Part shown: piece after piece, positions 1 through 9,600 of the stretch | Layout of the letters: the number at the start of each line of letters is the position of its first letter | Numbering within the stretch: position 1 is the first letter of the stretch | Source of the DNA: a virus | Virus record (IMG/VR): IMGVR_UViG_3300042878_001080 | Coordinates: 29,329 to 93,328 of that record | Direction: 5' to 3' (one strand) | DNA length: 64,000 nt | Position numbers and translations under genes: made by a program | Notes under the pieces: model-generated | What the model saw: only the letters and a program-made list of their open reading frames with translations | What the model was told of the DNA's origin: nothing | Databases searched by the model: none

Positions 1-2
1 CA

Positions 3-2168
3 TTTGCGGAATTTGGTCTTAATGTTATAGATAAAGATGGTAATAGTTTCTTCTTTGAAACATCATTTAGTGAATCGGATTCTAAATACTTACCAAAAGT
101 GTTTGGTTCTTCTAATTTCTCTAAACCAAGAACAACAGTACCATTATTTGTTGAGGAAAAATTTCAAACATTATTGAACTACGGTTATAATAAAGGATAT
201 ATTAAAGGTTTAAGTTGTGACTTACTATCATTACCTAGAGCTAATTCAAATGTTAATTCCTCGTCATCTATAGCATATTACTTAGAAAAATATCAAACAC
301 CGGTTTCACCGTGGATTGTTTCTGAAGTTAGAGGTAGTAAAGTATATAACTTATTTAGATTTACAACCATTTCTGACGGTAATGGTGCAAATACGGAAGT
401 TAAAATATCAATATCTAATATGTCTTTTAATAATTTAACATTTGACGTGTTAGTTAGAGATTTTTATGATACCGATAATAATCCGGTAGTAATTGAGAAA
501 TTTACTAATTGTACTATGGATTCTAATAGTAATTCATTTGTGGGACAAAAAATTGGAACAACAGATGGTGAATACGCATTAAATTCAAAATACATAATGG
601 TAGAAATGAATGAAGATGCACCTATTGATACATTACCTTGTGGTTTTCAAGGATTTAAATTTAGACAATATGGTTCATCAAATTCCCCATTTCCAATTTA
701 TAAAACTAAATACGATTATCCGGGAGAAGTGGTTTTTGACCCACCATTTGGATTAAGTTCAGGAAGTAACAACTCAACTTTAAGTCCGGGTGATAATGTT
801 CGTAAAACATATTTAGGTATTTCTACAGGAAATGGTGCTGGTTTTGACGTTGATTTCTTCCAATATAAAGGAAAACAAAGACCTTTAAATTTATGTATTG
901 ATAGTGATGCTGCTGAATGGATAACATTAACTAAAGGTTATCATATGGATAAAAACGCAAGTGGTATAACAATTTCTAATAGTTATACAACTAGTGGAAC
1001 TTCAGCATATTATGTTGGTGACGCTACATTCACAACAGACCCTTCAGACGAAACAAGTCCTTATTACAGAATATATTCTCGTAAGTTCTCAGTATTAGTT
1101 CAAGGAGGTTTTGATGGTTGGGATATCTATAGAGAATCAAGAACAAATACCGACACATTTAAGTTAGGTAGAAGAGGTTACTTAAACGGTGCTTGTCAGG
1201 ACATTAAATATCCTACAGCAACAGGTTGGGGAGCATTTAAACAAATTAAAGTTGGAAATAATACTGTTGATTGGGGTAACTCTGATTACTACGCTTATTT
1301 ATTAGGACAACAAACATTCTCAAATCCTGAAGCAGTTAATATTAATTTATTTGTTACACCAGGTATTGATTATACTAATAATTCTGATTTAGTTGGGGAT
1401 GCAATTGAAATGATTGAGTTCAATAGAGCTGATTCATTATACATTTGTACGACTGCTGATAGTAATTTATTTTTACCAACACCTGATACCGCTGGTTTAA
1501 TTTACCCTCAAGAAGCTGTTAATGTTTTGGACGATAGTGGTGTAGATTCTAATTATACAGCAACTTATTATCCTTGGGTATTAACTAGAGATAGTGTTAA
1601 TAATACACAAATCTATTTACCACCAACGGCAGAAGTTGTAAGAAACTTGGCATTAACCGATAACATTGCGTTCCCTTGGTTCGCGGCAGCAGGTTATACA
1701 AGAGGTATTGTAAATGCTATCAAAGCGAGAAAGAAACTTACTCAAGAAGATAGAGATGTCCTTTATCAAGGTCGTATCAACCCAATCGCCACTTTTTCTG
1801 ATGTTGGTACCGTAATTTGGGGTAATAAAACTCTTCAAGTAGCACAATCCGCTCTTGATAGAATAAATGTGAGAAGATTATTACTTCAAGCTCGTAAATT
1901 GATTTCAGCAGTATCTGTAAGATTATTGTTTGAACAAAACGACCAAAAAGTAAGACAAGATTTCTTAGATGCTGTTAATCCTATCTTGGACGCTATCAGA
2001 AGAGATAGAGGTTTATATGATTTCCGAGTTACAGTATCTTCAGACACTGCTGATTTAGATAGAAATCAAATGACTGGTAAGATTTATATCAAACCAACCA
2101 AATCATTAGAATTTATAGACATTACGTTCTATATTACTCCAACCGGAGCTTCTTTTGAAAATATATAA
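3..2168 (+). CDS. Contractile tail sheath protein (5'-truncated)
   Basis: Frame is open from position 3; sheath C-terminal motifs YYPWV, PWFAAAGYTRG, RINPI, WGNKTLQ, LDRINVRRLL, IKPTKSLEFI. Confidence 0.95.
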   Translation, partial: FAEFGLNVIDKDGNSFFFETSFSESDSKYLPKVFGSSNFSKPRTTVPLFVEEKFQTLLNYGYNKGYIKGLSCDLLSLPRANSNVNSSSSIAYYLEKYQTPVSPWIVSEVRGSKVYNLFRFTTISDGNGANTEVKISISNMSFNNLTFDVLVRDFYDTDNNPVVIEKFTNCTMDSNSNSFVGQKIGTTDGEYALNSKYIMVEMNEDAPIDTLPCGFQGFKFRQYGSSNSPFPIYKTKYDYPGEVVFDPPFGLSSGSNNSTLSPGDNVRKTYLGISTGNGAGFDVDFFQYKGKQRPLNLCIDSDAAEWITLTKGYHMDKNASGITISNSYTTSGTSAYYVGDATFTTDPSDETSPYYRIYSRKFSVLVQGGFDGWDIYRESRTNTDTFKLGRRGYLNGACQDIKYPTATGWGAFKQIKVGNNTVDWGNSDYYAYLLGQQTFSNPEAVNINLFVTPGIDYTNNSDLVGDAIEMIEFNRADSLYICTTADSNLFLPTPDTAGLIYPQEAVNVLDDSGVDSNYTATYYPWVLTRDSVNNTQIYLPPTAEVVRNLALTDNIAFPWFAAAGYTRGIVNAIKARKKLTQEDRDVLYQGRINPIATFSDVGTVIWGNKTLQVAQSALDRINVRRLLLQARKLISAVSVRLLFEQNDQKVRQDFLDAVNPILDAIRRDRGLYDFRVTVSSDTADLDRNQMTGKIYIKPTKSLEFIDITFYITPTGASFENI

Positions 2169-2174
2169 TAAAAA

Positions 2175-2207
2175 AATTATGACCCATTGTAATAGTGGGT
2201 CATAATT
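2175..2207 (+). terminator. Hairpin after sheath gene
   Basis: AATTATGACCCA...TGGGTCATAATT 12-bp stem. Confidence 0.6.
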
Positions 2208-2225
2208 AAGCCTTAATTAAAAATT

Positions 2226-3044
2226 ATGTTAAAAAATAGAATTGTAGAGGGTATTGACGAAACAGGTGCTCCGGATGAAAAGTATTACGCTTTTGATTGG
2301 GACGATAATATTGTTTCTATGCCGACAAAGATAATATTAAAAGATGAAGATGGTGATGAGGTTGGAATGTCAACTGAAGATTTTGCAACATATCGAGAAG
2401 AAATTGGTAAAGAACCAGTTGAGTTTGAAGGACACACTATTGTTGGGTTCTCTAACGACCCTTTTAGATGGTTTGGAACTAAAGGTGATAAACAATTTAT
2501 TGTTGATTCAATGACCGCAAAACCAGGTCCTGCTTGGCCGGATTTTGTTGAAGCAATTAATAATGGTTCAATATTCTCAATCGTAACAGCAAGAGGGCAT
2601 ACACCTTCAGTTTTAAAAGAGGCTTGTTACAATTATATTGTATCTAATTTCAACGGTATTAATTCTAATGAATTAGTTAGAAATTTAGAAAAATATAGAG
2701 ATTTAACGGATGAAGAAAACACATCTAAAAGAGAAATGATTAGAGAATATTTAGATTTATGTCGTTTTTATCCTGTAACTTATGGAGAAGGTTCCGCAAC
2801 AAATCCTGAACAAGGTAAAATCAAAGCATTAGATGAGTTTGTTGAGTATGTTAAAGATATATCTAACTATATTCAAAAAGAAGCATTTTTAAAAAATAAA
2901 ATAAATAATTATTTTGTACCTAAAATAGGTTTTTCAGATGACGACTTAAAAAATGTGGATGTAGTGAAAAAACATTTTGAACAAGACCCAGAAAATATTA
3001 TTAAAACATATTCAACCGCTGGAGGAATTAAAAAAGAATATTAA
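2226..3044 (+). CDS. HAD-superfamily-like protein
   Basis: Motif I AFDWDDNI, motif II VTARGH, Lys in GKIK, motif IV FSDDD. Confidence 0.65.
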   Translation: MLKNRIVEGIDETGAPDEKYYAFDWDDNIVSMPTKIILKDEDGDEVGMSTEDFATYREEIGKEPVEFEGHTIVGFSNDPFRWFGTKGDKQFIVDSMTAKPGPAWPDFVEAINNGSIFSIVTARGHTPSVLKEACYNYIVSNFNGINSNELVRNLEKYRDLTDEENTSKREMIREYLDLCRFYPVTYGEGSATNPEQGKIKALDEFVEYVKDISNYIQKEAFLKNKINNYFVPKIGFSDDDLKNVDVVKKHFEQDPENIIKTYSTAGGIKKEY

Positions 3045-3052
3045 AATATTTA

Positions 3053-3162
3053 TAAATAAAAATTATTAAATAAAAATTATTAAATAAAAATTATTAAATA
3101 AAAATTATTAAATAAAAATTATTAAATAAAAATTATTAAATAAAAATTATTAAATAAACTAT
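3053..3162. repeat. 14-bp tandem repeat TAAATAAAAATTAT, 7 perfect copies plus one degenerate copy
   Basis: Perfect copies start at 3053, 3067, 3081, 3095, 3109, 3123, 3137; TAAATAAACTAT follows. Confidence 0.97.
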
Positions 3163-3187
3163 TAATATAAAAACTAGGATTTCTAGA

Positions 3188-3216
3188 ATGATAGATATTT
3201 TAATTCTAAAAGTCAA
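3188..3216 (-). promoter_or_regulatory. Sigma70-like promoter TTGACT-N17-TATCAT pointing into the tandem repeat
   Basis: AGTCAA at 3211-3216 and ATGATA at 3188-3193 on +, 17-bp spacer. Confidence 0.45.
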
Positions 3217-3288
3217 GTAAAAAAAATTAAATAGGTAATATTTATAATAAACAAGATAAAAAATAAAAATTAAAAAAACAAATAGAAA

Positions 3289-3777
3289 ATGGCTGATTTA
3301 TTAATGAAAATGCCCATACCGTATGAACCGAAAAGACAAAATAGGTTTATTGTACGATTCCCTTCTACATTAGGGATTAACGAATGGTTCGTAGAATCTG
3401 CCGCTAGACCACACATAACAATCAAAGACGTTGAAATACCTTTTTTAAATACTTCAACTTATGTTGCTGGTAGATTTACTTGGGGTACTATGAATGTTAA
3501 ATTCCGTGACCCAATTGGACCTTCAGCGTCACAAGCTCTTATGGAGTGGGTTCGTTTATGTGCTGAGTCTGTTACAGGTCGTATGGGGTATGCTGCGGGA
3601 TACAAAAAAAATATTGACCTTGAGATGTTAGACCCAACAGGTGTTGTTGTGGAAAAATGGATTTTAGAAGGTTCTTGGTTAAGTGATGTTAATTTTGACG
3701 CTTTACAGTATAGTTCAGACCAATTAGCAACAATTTCAACAACTATTCGTATGGATAGATGTGTATTAGTTTATTAA
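3289..3777 (+). CDS. Tail tube protein (T4 gp19-like)
   Basis: EPKRQNRF, YVAGRFTW, YKKNIDLEMLDPTG..VEKW; 162 aa; follows the sheath gene. Confidence 0.9.
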   Translation: MADLLMKMPIPYEPKRQNRFIVRFPSTLGINEWFVESAARPHITIKDVEIPFLNTSTYVAGRFTWGTMNVKFRDPIGPSASQALMEWVRLCAESVTGRMGYAAGYKKNIDLEMLDPTGVVVEKWILEGSWLSDVNFDALQYSSDQLATISTTIRMDRCVLVY

Positions 3778-3794
3778 TTTATAAAAATTAAAAT

Positions 3795-3832
3795 AAAATA
3801 CCCCTACATTTAATTATGTGGGGGTATTTTAT
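3795..3832 (+). terminator. Rho-independent terminator
   Basis: AAAATACCCCTACAT...ATGTGGGGGTATTTT. Confidence 0.7.
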
Positions 3833-3880
3833 TTATATTAAAAAAATATATCGTATTATTTATAATAAAAACAAAATTAT

Positions 3881-4636
3881 ATGGAACAAAGTTTAATAGA
3901 TGCTGGAACACAAAATTTCAGCTTACCACACGATATGGTTCAATTACCGACAGATGGGGTTTTTTATAAATCAAAAAAGAAAGCGGTTAAAATTGGTTAT
4001 TTAACAGCAAATGATGAAAATTATTTAATTGGTGCTGGTCGTAGTAGTGAAAACATTATTTTAAAATTATTGAGAAATAAAATGTACGAACACGACTTAC
4101 GTCCTGAAGAACTTTTAGATGGTGATGTTGAGGCAATATTAATCTTTTTAAGAAATACTTCTTTTGGTTCAGAATATAGTCTTAATTTAATTGACCCAGG
4201 AACTGATAAACCATTTGTTGGTACAATTACTTTAGATGAGTTAAATTTTAGAAAAACGAATGTTAAACCGGATGAAGATGGTACATTTACCACTAAATTA
4301 CCAAAAACTGGTGTTACAGTAAAATTAAAACCAACAACTTTTAATGATACAATTGATTTAGATAAAATGGCTGAACAATATCCCGTTGGTCATCAAGTGC
4401 CAAGAATTACTTGGAAATTATTAAAACATATTGTTGAAATTGATGGTAATACTGATAGAACAAAAATAAGTTTATTTATTGATTCCTTACCAATTATGGA
4501 TTCAAAATACATAAGAAAGTTTTTAAAAGAAAATGAACCGTCATTGGATTTAAAAAGAAGTGTAATCGCCCCATCAGGAGAATTGGTATCTTTCGAGATT
4601 GCCTTTGGGGTGGAGTTTTTTCGACCTTTCTTCTAA
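3881..4636 (+). CDS. Baseplate hub assembly / tail chaperone (T4 gp26-like)
   Basis: VQLPTDG.FY, LTANDE..L, DVEAILIFLR..SFG..Y, C-terminal EFFRP; lies between tube and tape measure. Confidence 0.75.
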   Translation: MEQSLIDAGTQNFSLPHDMVQLPTDGVFYKSKKKAVKIGYLTANDENYLIGAGRSSENIILKLLRNKMYEHDLRPEELLDGDVEAILIFLRNTSFGSEYSLNLIDPGTDKPFVGTITLDELNFRKTNVKPDEDGTFTTKLPKTGVTVKLKPTTFNDTIDLDKMAEQYPVGHQVPRITWKLLKHIVEIDGNTDRTKISLFIDSLPIMDSKYIRKFLKENEPSLDLKRSVIAPSGELVSFEIAFGVEFFRPFF

Positions 4637-4775
4637 TCACCGACAATTATTGATTGAGGAATACTTGTATTTGTCTCAATCAATACACGTTTCATATTCG
4701 GATTTTCATTTGATGCCAACATATGTTCGAAAATATTTAATAAACCGATTAATCGATAATAACACACCAGACTAG
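4617..4775 (+). CDS. T4 gp51-like small ORF, probably reached by frameshift from the upstream gene (not in ORF track)
   Basis: Translates FFDLSSNHRQLLIEEYLYLSQSIHVSYSDFHLMPTYVRKYLINRLIDNNTPD*; no ATG before the conserved-looking part; overlaps TTTTTTCGA. Confidence 0.7.
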   Translation, partial: FFDLSSNHRQLLIEEYLYLSQSIHVSYSDFHLMPTYVRKYLINRLIDNNTPD

Positions 4776-4823
4776 TAATTTAAAAACTATGTTTGGTGTA
4801 TTTATTTATAAATACATTTAATT

Positions 4824-6572
4824 ATGCCGACCCCAATAGACCCAACAACACCCGCAGATAAATCGAGAGGATTAGGGGAAACTTTATATTCTAATATTAG
4901 TCCTGAAGCAATTGCTAAAGTTGTATTAACACTTGATGCTGCTGCTAGTCAAATGTTACATCAGTTTGGACAAGGTCAAGCTATGTCCGACATTTTGCGT
5001 AAAAGTATGGCAGAATCAGTTACTGATGTTAGAAAACTAGGTGGTGATATTGCGGATGTTCTTAAAACACAACAAGAAGCTTCCTTAGCGTTAGGTAGAA
5101 ATGTTATTTTATCTAATAAAACAACTGAAGATTTATATGCTACGATGAAGGTTACGGGACAATCTGTTAAAGAGATTGTTAGTAATATGGCAGATGCGGG
5201 TATATCATCCGCAAAGGCGACAAATGAAATGTTAAAAGTGGTTAATGTTGCTCGAGAATCTGGTGTAAGTGCTGTAGCAGTTTCTGAAACGGTTTTAAAA
5301 AATATGAATGCTCTTAACAAATATAATTTTGAAGGTGGTGTTGATGGTTTGGCTAAAATGGCGGCACAAGCGACATCGTTAAGAATTGATATGTCTCAAA
5401 CATTAGGGTTTGCTGAAAAAGTGTTTAATCCTGAGGGGGCTATTGAAATTGCTGCTGCGATGCAAAGATTAGGTGTTTCTCAAAGTTCATTACTTGACCC
5501 ATTAAAATTAATGGATTTATCTCAAAATGACCCGGCTGAATTACAGAATCAAATTGCTGAAATGAGCAAACAATTTGTTCAACTTGGAAAAGACGGACAT
5601 TTTGAAATTATGCCGGGGGCAAAACGACAACTGAGAGAAATTTCAAGTGCGATGGGTATAGGTTACGACCAACTTACCAAAATGGCCTTAGGTAGTGCTG
5701 ATTTAGATAAAAAAATGAAAGAAATATCTTTTCCATCAGCAACTGAAGACCAAAAGAAAATGATTGCCAATATGGCAGAAATGGGTACGGGTGGTGAATA
5801 TATGGTTAAATTTACTGATAAAGAAGGTACTTCTCAAGAAAAGGCTGTTTCTGAATTAAATAAAGATGATGTTGCCGCTCTTGAAAAAATGGCTAACACA
5901 GCACCAAAATCGATGGAGGAATTGGCTAAAGACCAATTATCAGCAATACAAGATGTTACTGCAGCAATTAACAGTTTAGGTGATAGAACAGGTTTAGGGT
6001 TAGCTACGAGTAATCTAAGTAGTCAATTATTAAAAGGTGGTAGAAAAATTGGTGAGGCTTTAGGTGAAGTCCCTGGTAAAAATTTATCGGCGAAAAATAT
6101 TGGAAAAGGTGCTGATGAAATTATAAATGATTTAAGTTCAGGGGCTAGTTTAAGTGATGTTTTGAGTAAATTTAAAAATAAATTTATTAATGAATTACAT
6201 ACAGCTTTTGAAAATGTTAATGAACAAATGGCTAAACTAAAAGATGAGGTACCCCTATTCAAGGTGATTAATAGTATTAGTACGGGAACCCCAATAGGAA
6301 ACACTCCAACAAATTCTAGTATACCAAAAGGTAACAATACTACAAATAACTCTCAAACATCAAATAATCCATCAAATGTTAATGTAACATTAACTCATAA
6401 TATTACAGTAACTGCTCCGGTAAATATTGATGGAAAAACAATTGTAGAAGCGTTTAAAAATAATACAGATGTTTCTCAAGCAGTTGCTCAATCAATTAAA
6501 GAAACTTTTACAAATTCTAATTTTGGAATGAATTCAGGTAAAAATGATAAAGTTGGTAATCCATGGAGTTGA
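4824..6572 (+). CDS. Probable tape measure protein
   Basis: Ala/Met/Gln-rich helical 582 aa; position after tube and chaperones. Confidence 0.7.
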   Translation: MPTPIDPTTPADKSRGLGETLYSNISPEAIAKVVLTLDAAASQMLHQFGQGQAMSDILRKSMAESVTDVRKLGGDIADVLKTQQEASLALGRNVILSNKTTEDLYATMKVTGQSVKEIVSNMADAGISSAKATNEMLKVVNVARESGVSAVAVSETVLKNMNALNKYNFEGGVDGLAKMAAQATSLRIDMSQTLGFAEKVFNPEGAIEIAAAMQRLGVSQSSLLDPLKLMDLSQNDPAELQNQIAEMSKQFVQLGKDGHFEIMPGAKRQLREISSAMGIGYDQLTKMALGSADLDKKMKEISFPSATEDQKKMIANMAEMGTGGEYMVKFTDKEGTSQEKAVSELNKDDVAALEKMANTAPKSMEELAKDQLSAIQDVTAAINSLGDRTGLGLATSNLSSQLLKGGRKIGEALGEVPGKNLSAKNIGKGADEIINDLSSGASLSDVLSKFKNKFINELHTAFENVNEQMAKLKDEVPLFKVINSISTGTPIGNTPTNSSIPKGNNTTNNSQTSNNPSNVNVTLTHNITVTAPVNIDGKTIVEAFKNNTDVSQAVAQSIKETFTNSNFGMNSGKNDKVGNPWS

Positions 6573-6620
6573 GTAACTTAAAATGGGTTATTAATCTATT
6601 TATAATAAAAGAAAAAAAAT

Positions 6621-9600
6621 ATGTCAAATAGTACATTATCATTTGCTTCATCCTCTTCGTTTAGAGATATTTTATTGGCAAAAAATTTAGCACCGTATAG
6701 TGTTAGTGGTGTATATACACCACCAGCCTCAGATATTGATACGGAAGTGTCTTTAAACAATTTTAATGTTATTGATTCACCAAATGATTTAATTACTAAT
6801 GACCCTTTTGCTCAATTACTATATCCTTTAAATGAATATGGTCCTAATGGTGGTTATGATTTAAATATTAATTTTAATGGACCCCCACTTCCAGTAACAC
6901 CAAATCAAGGTGAATATGGTCCGAATGATACTGTTTTAGATTTAGTCAATGAATTTTTTATTGACGCCGCTTATATTGATAACTACTATGGACCTGTTGG
7001 TGGTTTTAATGATATGTATGGGGTTACTACTCAGATATTGGGACAACCTATACATCAACCTTATTTACCTACAAATTTTGTTCCTTCATCGTATTCACCA
7101 TATACAATTTTAATGTCTAATAATCCGACTGGTAGTGATGGTTCATTATCTCAGGATTCATATTTGGCTAGATTAGGAGCAACATTTTTAAATAAGTTAT
7201 TTCAAGATAGAATTAATCGAGAAATTTTTATAAATACAGTGGGTCAAGTTAATTTACAATCATTACAAGACCCTTTTGATGCTAGTTTAATGATTACCGG
7301 ACAAGAACCGTTAATTTATAAAAATTGGAAGATTACATCACCGGAAAACCCTGTTACTGCCGCCGCTGATTTATTAACAAGATTGGCGGGGGCTTATTGG
7401 CCGGTATCTTTAATTCCTGGAGATTATTTTACCGATAACACAAGAAATGGACAAACACAACAAACATCAACAGCATTAAATGTTGTTAATCAATTAACGG
7501 GGGGGTTTTTAGGGCCAATATTAAATAGTAAAAGAAATCCTTCTGAGATATTCTTGGCAAACACAGGAAATGGTCAAAGGTCTGTTTTATTTAGAAATAT
7601 TAATTATAATCGATATCAACCAAATTACGATAAAAATTATGGCGGTTTATTGGGTGTTGGTCAAGCAATTGTTAGTTTAATAAACCCATTTAATGGAACT
7701 TTAGTGGGTGGTTATTATGTTGGTAGTAGAAGTGCGGAACCTTCATCAATAACATCACCCCCAAATCAAGTTCCTGTTAATGCTTTTGGACAACAAGAGG
7801 ATGTTCCGGTATATGGACCATCAGAATTAGGTATTTTATATGAGGGTAATCAAGATACTCTTAAATTTGGACTTGCAGCAAAACCATTAAGTGATGGTGG
7901 AGGTATTGACGGTCAATTTGTTTGGACATCACCAAAATATAAATCAAATGCTGGTTTTCACGCAACTCCGGGAGGTGGTTCAGGTTCATTAGATGGTGAG
8001 TTTAATTTAATTAGTAGTAATTATACTCGTGATGAATCAACTAATTTTGTGTTTAAATCAACATCTATTTTAGATGAAACTCAAAGATTAGTTAATTCTG
8101 CTGATAACGTTCAAGGTATTTCAAGATTAAAACACGTTGGTAACGCTATCAATCAAGTTAGTAAAGTATTCCACGATGGGTATAAAGAAATGACTAAAGG
8201 TTCTCAAGTTGTGTCTTATACAGACCAAACAACGGGAGGTGAAGCTGGTATTGAATATTGTAGAGTTTTTACAAAAGATACACCATATTACACTTATAAT
8301 GATTTACAAAAAGTTGATGGTATCACAACAAGTGGAAGACAATTTGCCGGTTCGGTATTAGACAACACATTCAATTTAAATATTTCACCAACAAGAAATC
8401 CGGGTTCAACAAATATAATTGCTGATGGACCTAACGGTATTGGGGGTTATGCTAAAAAATATATGTTCTCAATTGAGAATTTGGCTTGGAGAACATCAAG
8501 TAAACAGGGTTATACTTATGATGAATTACCTGTTTGTGAAAAAGGACCAAATGGGGGTAGAGTTATGTGGTTTCCACCATATGATATTAAATTTAATGAT
8601 AATAGTACAGCTAACTGGACACCAACATCATTTTTAGGAAGACCGGAACCAATATATACATATAAAGATTCTAATAGAACGGGAACTTTAAGTTGGAAAA
8701 TAATTGTAGACCATCCATCTGTTATGAATGTTCTTGTTGAAAAACAATTAAAAGGTCAAAATAAAGAAAGAATCAATTCTATTATTGATTCATTTTTTGC
8801 TGGTTGTGTTAAGTATGATATATATGAATTGGCTAAAAAGTTTAATACGGTACCAACTAAAGATTTATATACTTATCAACAGATATTAAATGACCCTAAT
8901 TTAGATAAAAATACCGCAAAAGAAGTATTCAACAGTAATGGTTCTGTGGGTACAGTAACTAATAGTAGTACAGCTGGTAATTCTATTCCAAAAACAAATA
9001 CTGACACATCAGTTGCTCACTTATTGGATGGTTATAAGAATTTAGGGTTTTATTTTGATAATGATATTCCGGGACCAAACACTAAAAAAAACCCAATTCC
9101 TAATTCAACATATAAAGCTGATTATGATAACTACACAAACAGTGTGAATCAAGACCTATATGTTGATATATCAAGTAAAACTTTTGCAATAGTTAGTACT
9201 AATAGAAATGTTAAATCTTTTTTTGATAATGTGGTTATAGATAATTTTAATAAAATTAATAATAGTTTTATTGAGGATGCTTTTAAAATTTTGAGTGAAA
9301 ATAAAGGTGTTATTAAAATTTCTTTAGCTAGTTCTGCATCAGCACCGGCACAGGATGATTATAATGTTACATTATCTGTTAGAAGAAAAAATTCAGTTAT
9401 TGAATATTTTAAAAATACTAAATTGGCGAAATTTATTACAGAATCTAAAACATTAATTTTTGAAGGGAATACTGACAACGGTGAAATTGAAACAATTTCA
9501 TTTCCACAAACCTCAAATGGGGTTTTTGGTTCCTCAGTTGATTGCCATCAAGATATTATGTCTCAATCAAATACAGCTGCGTCTAATAAACAGGCTCAAG

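Noticed and set aside
3053-3162. CRISPR array
   Set aside because: Repeats are contiguous 14-mers with no spacers; no cas operon present
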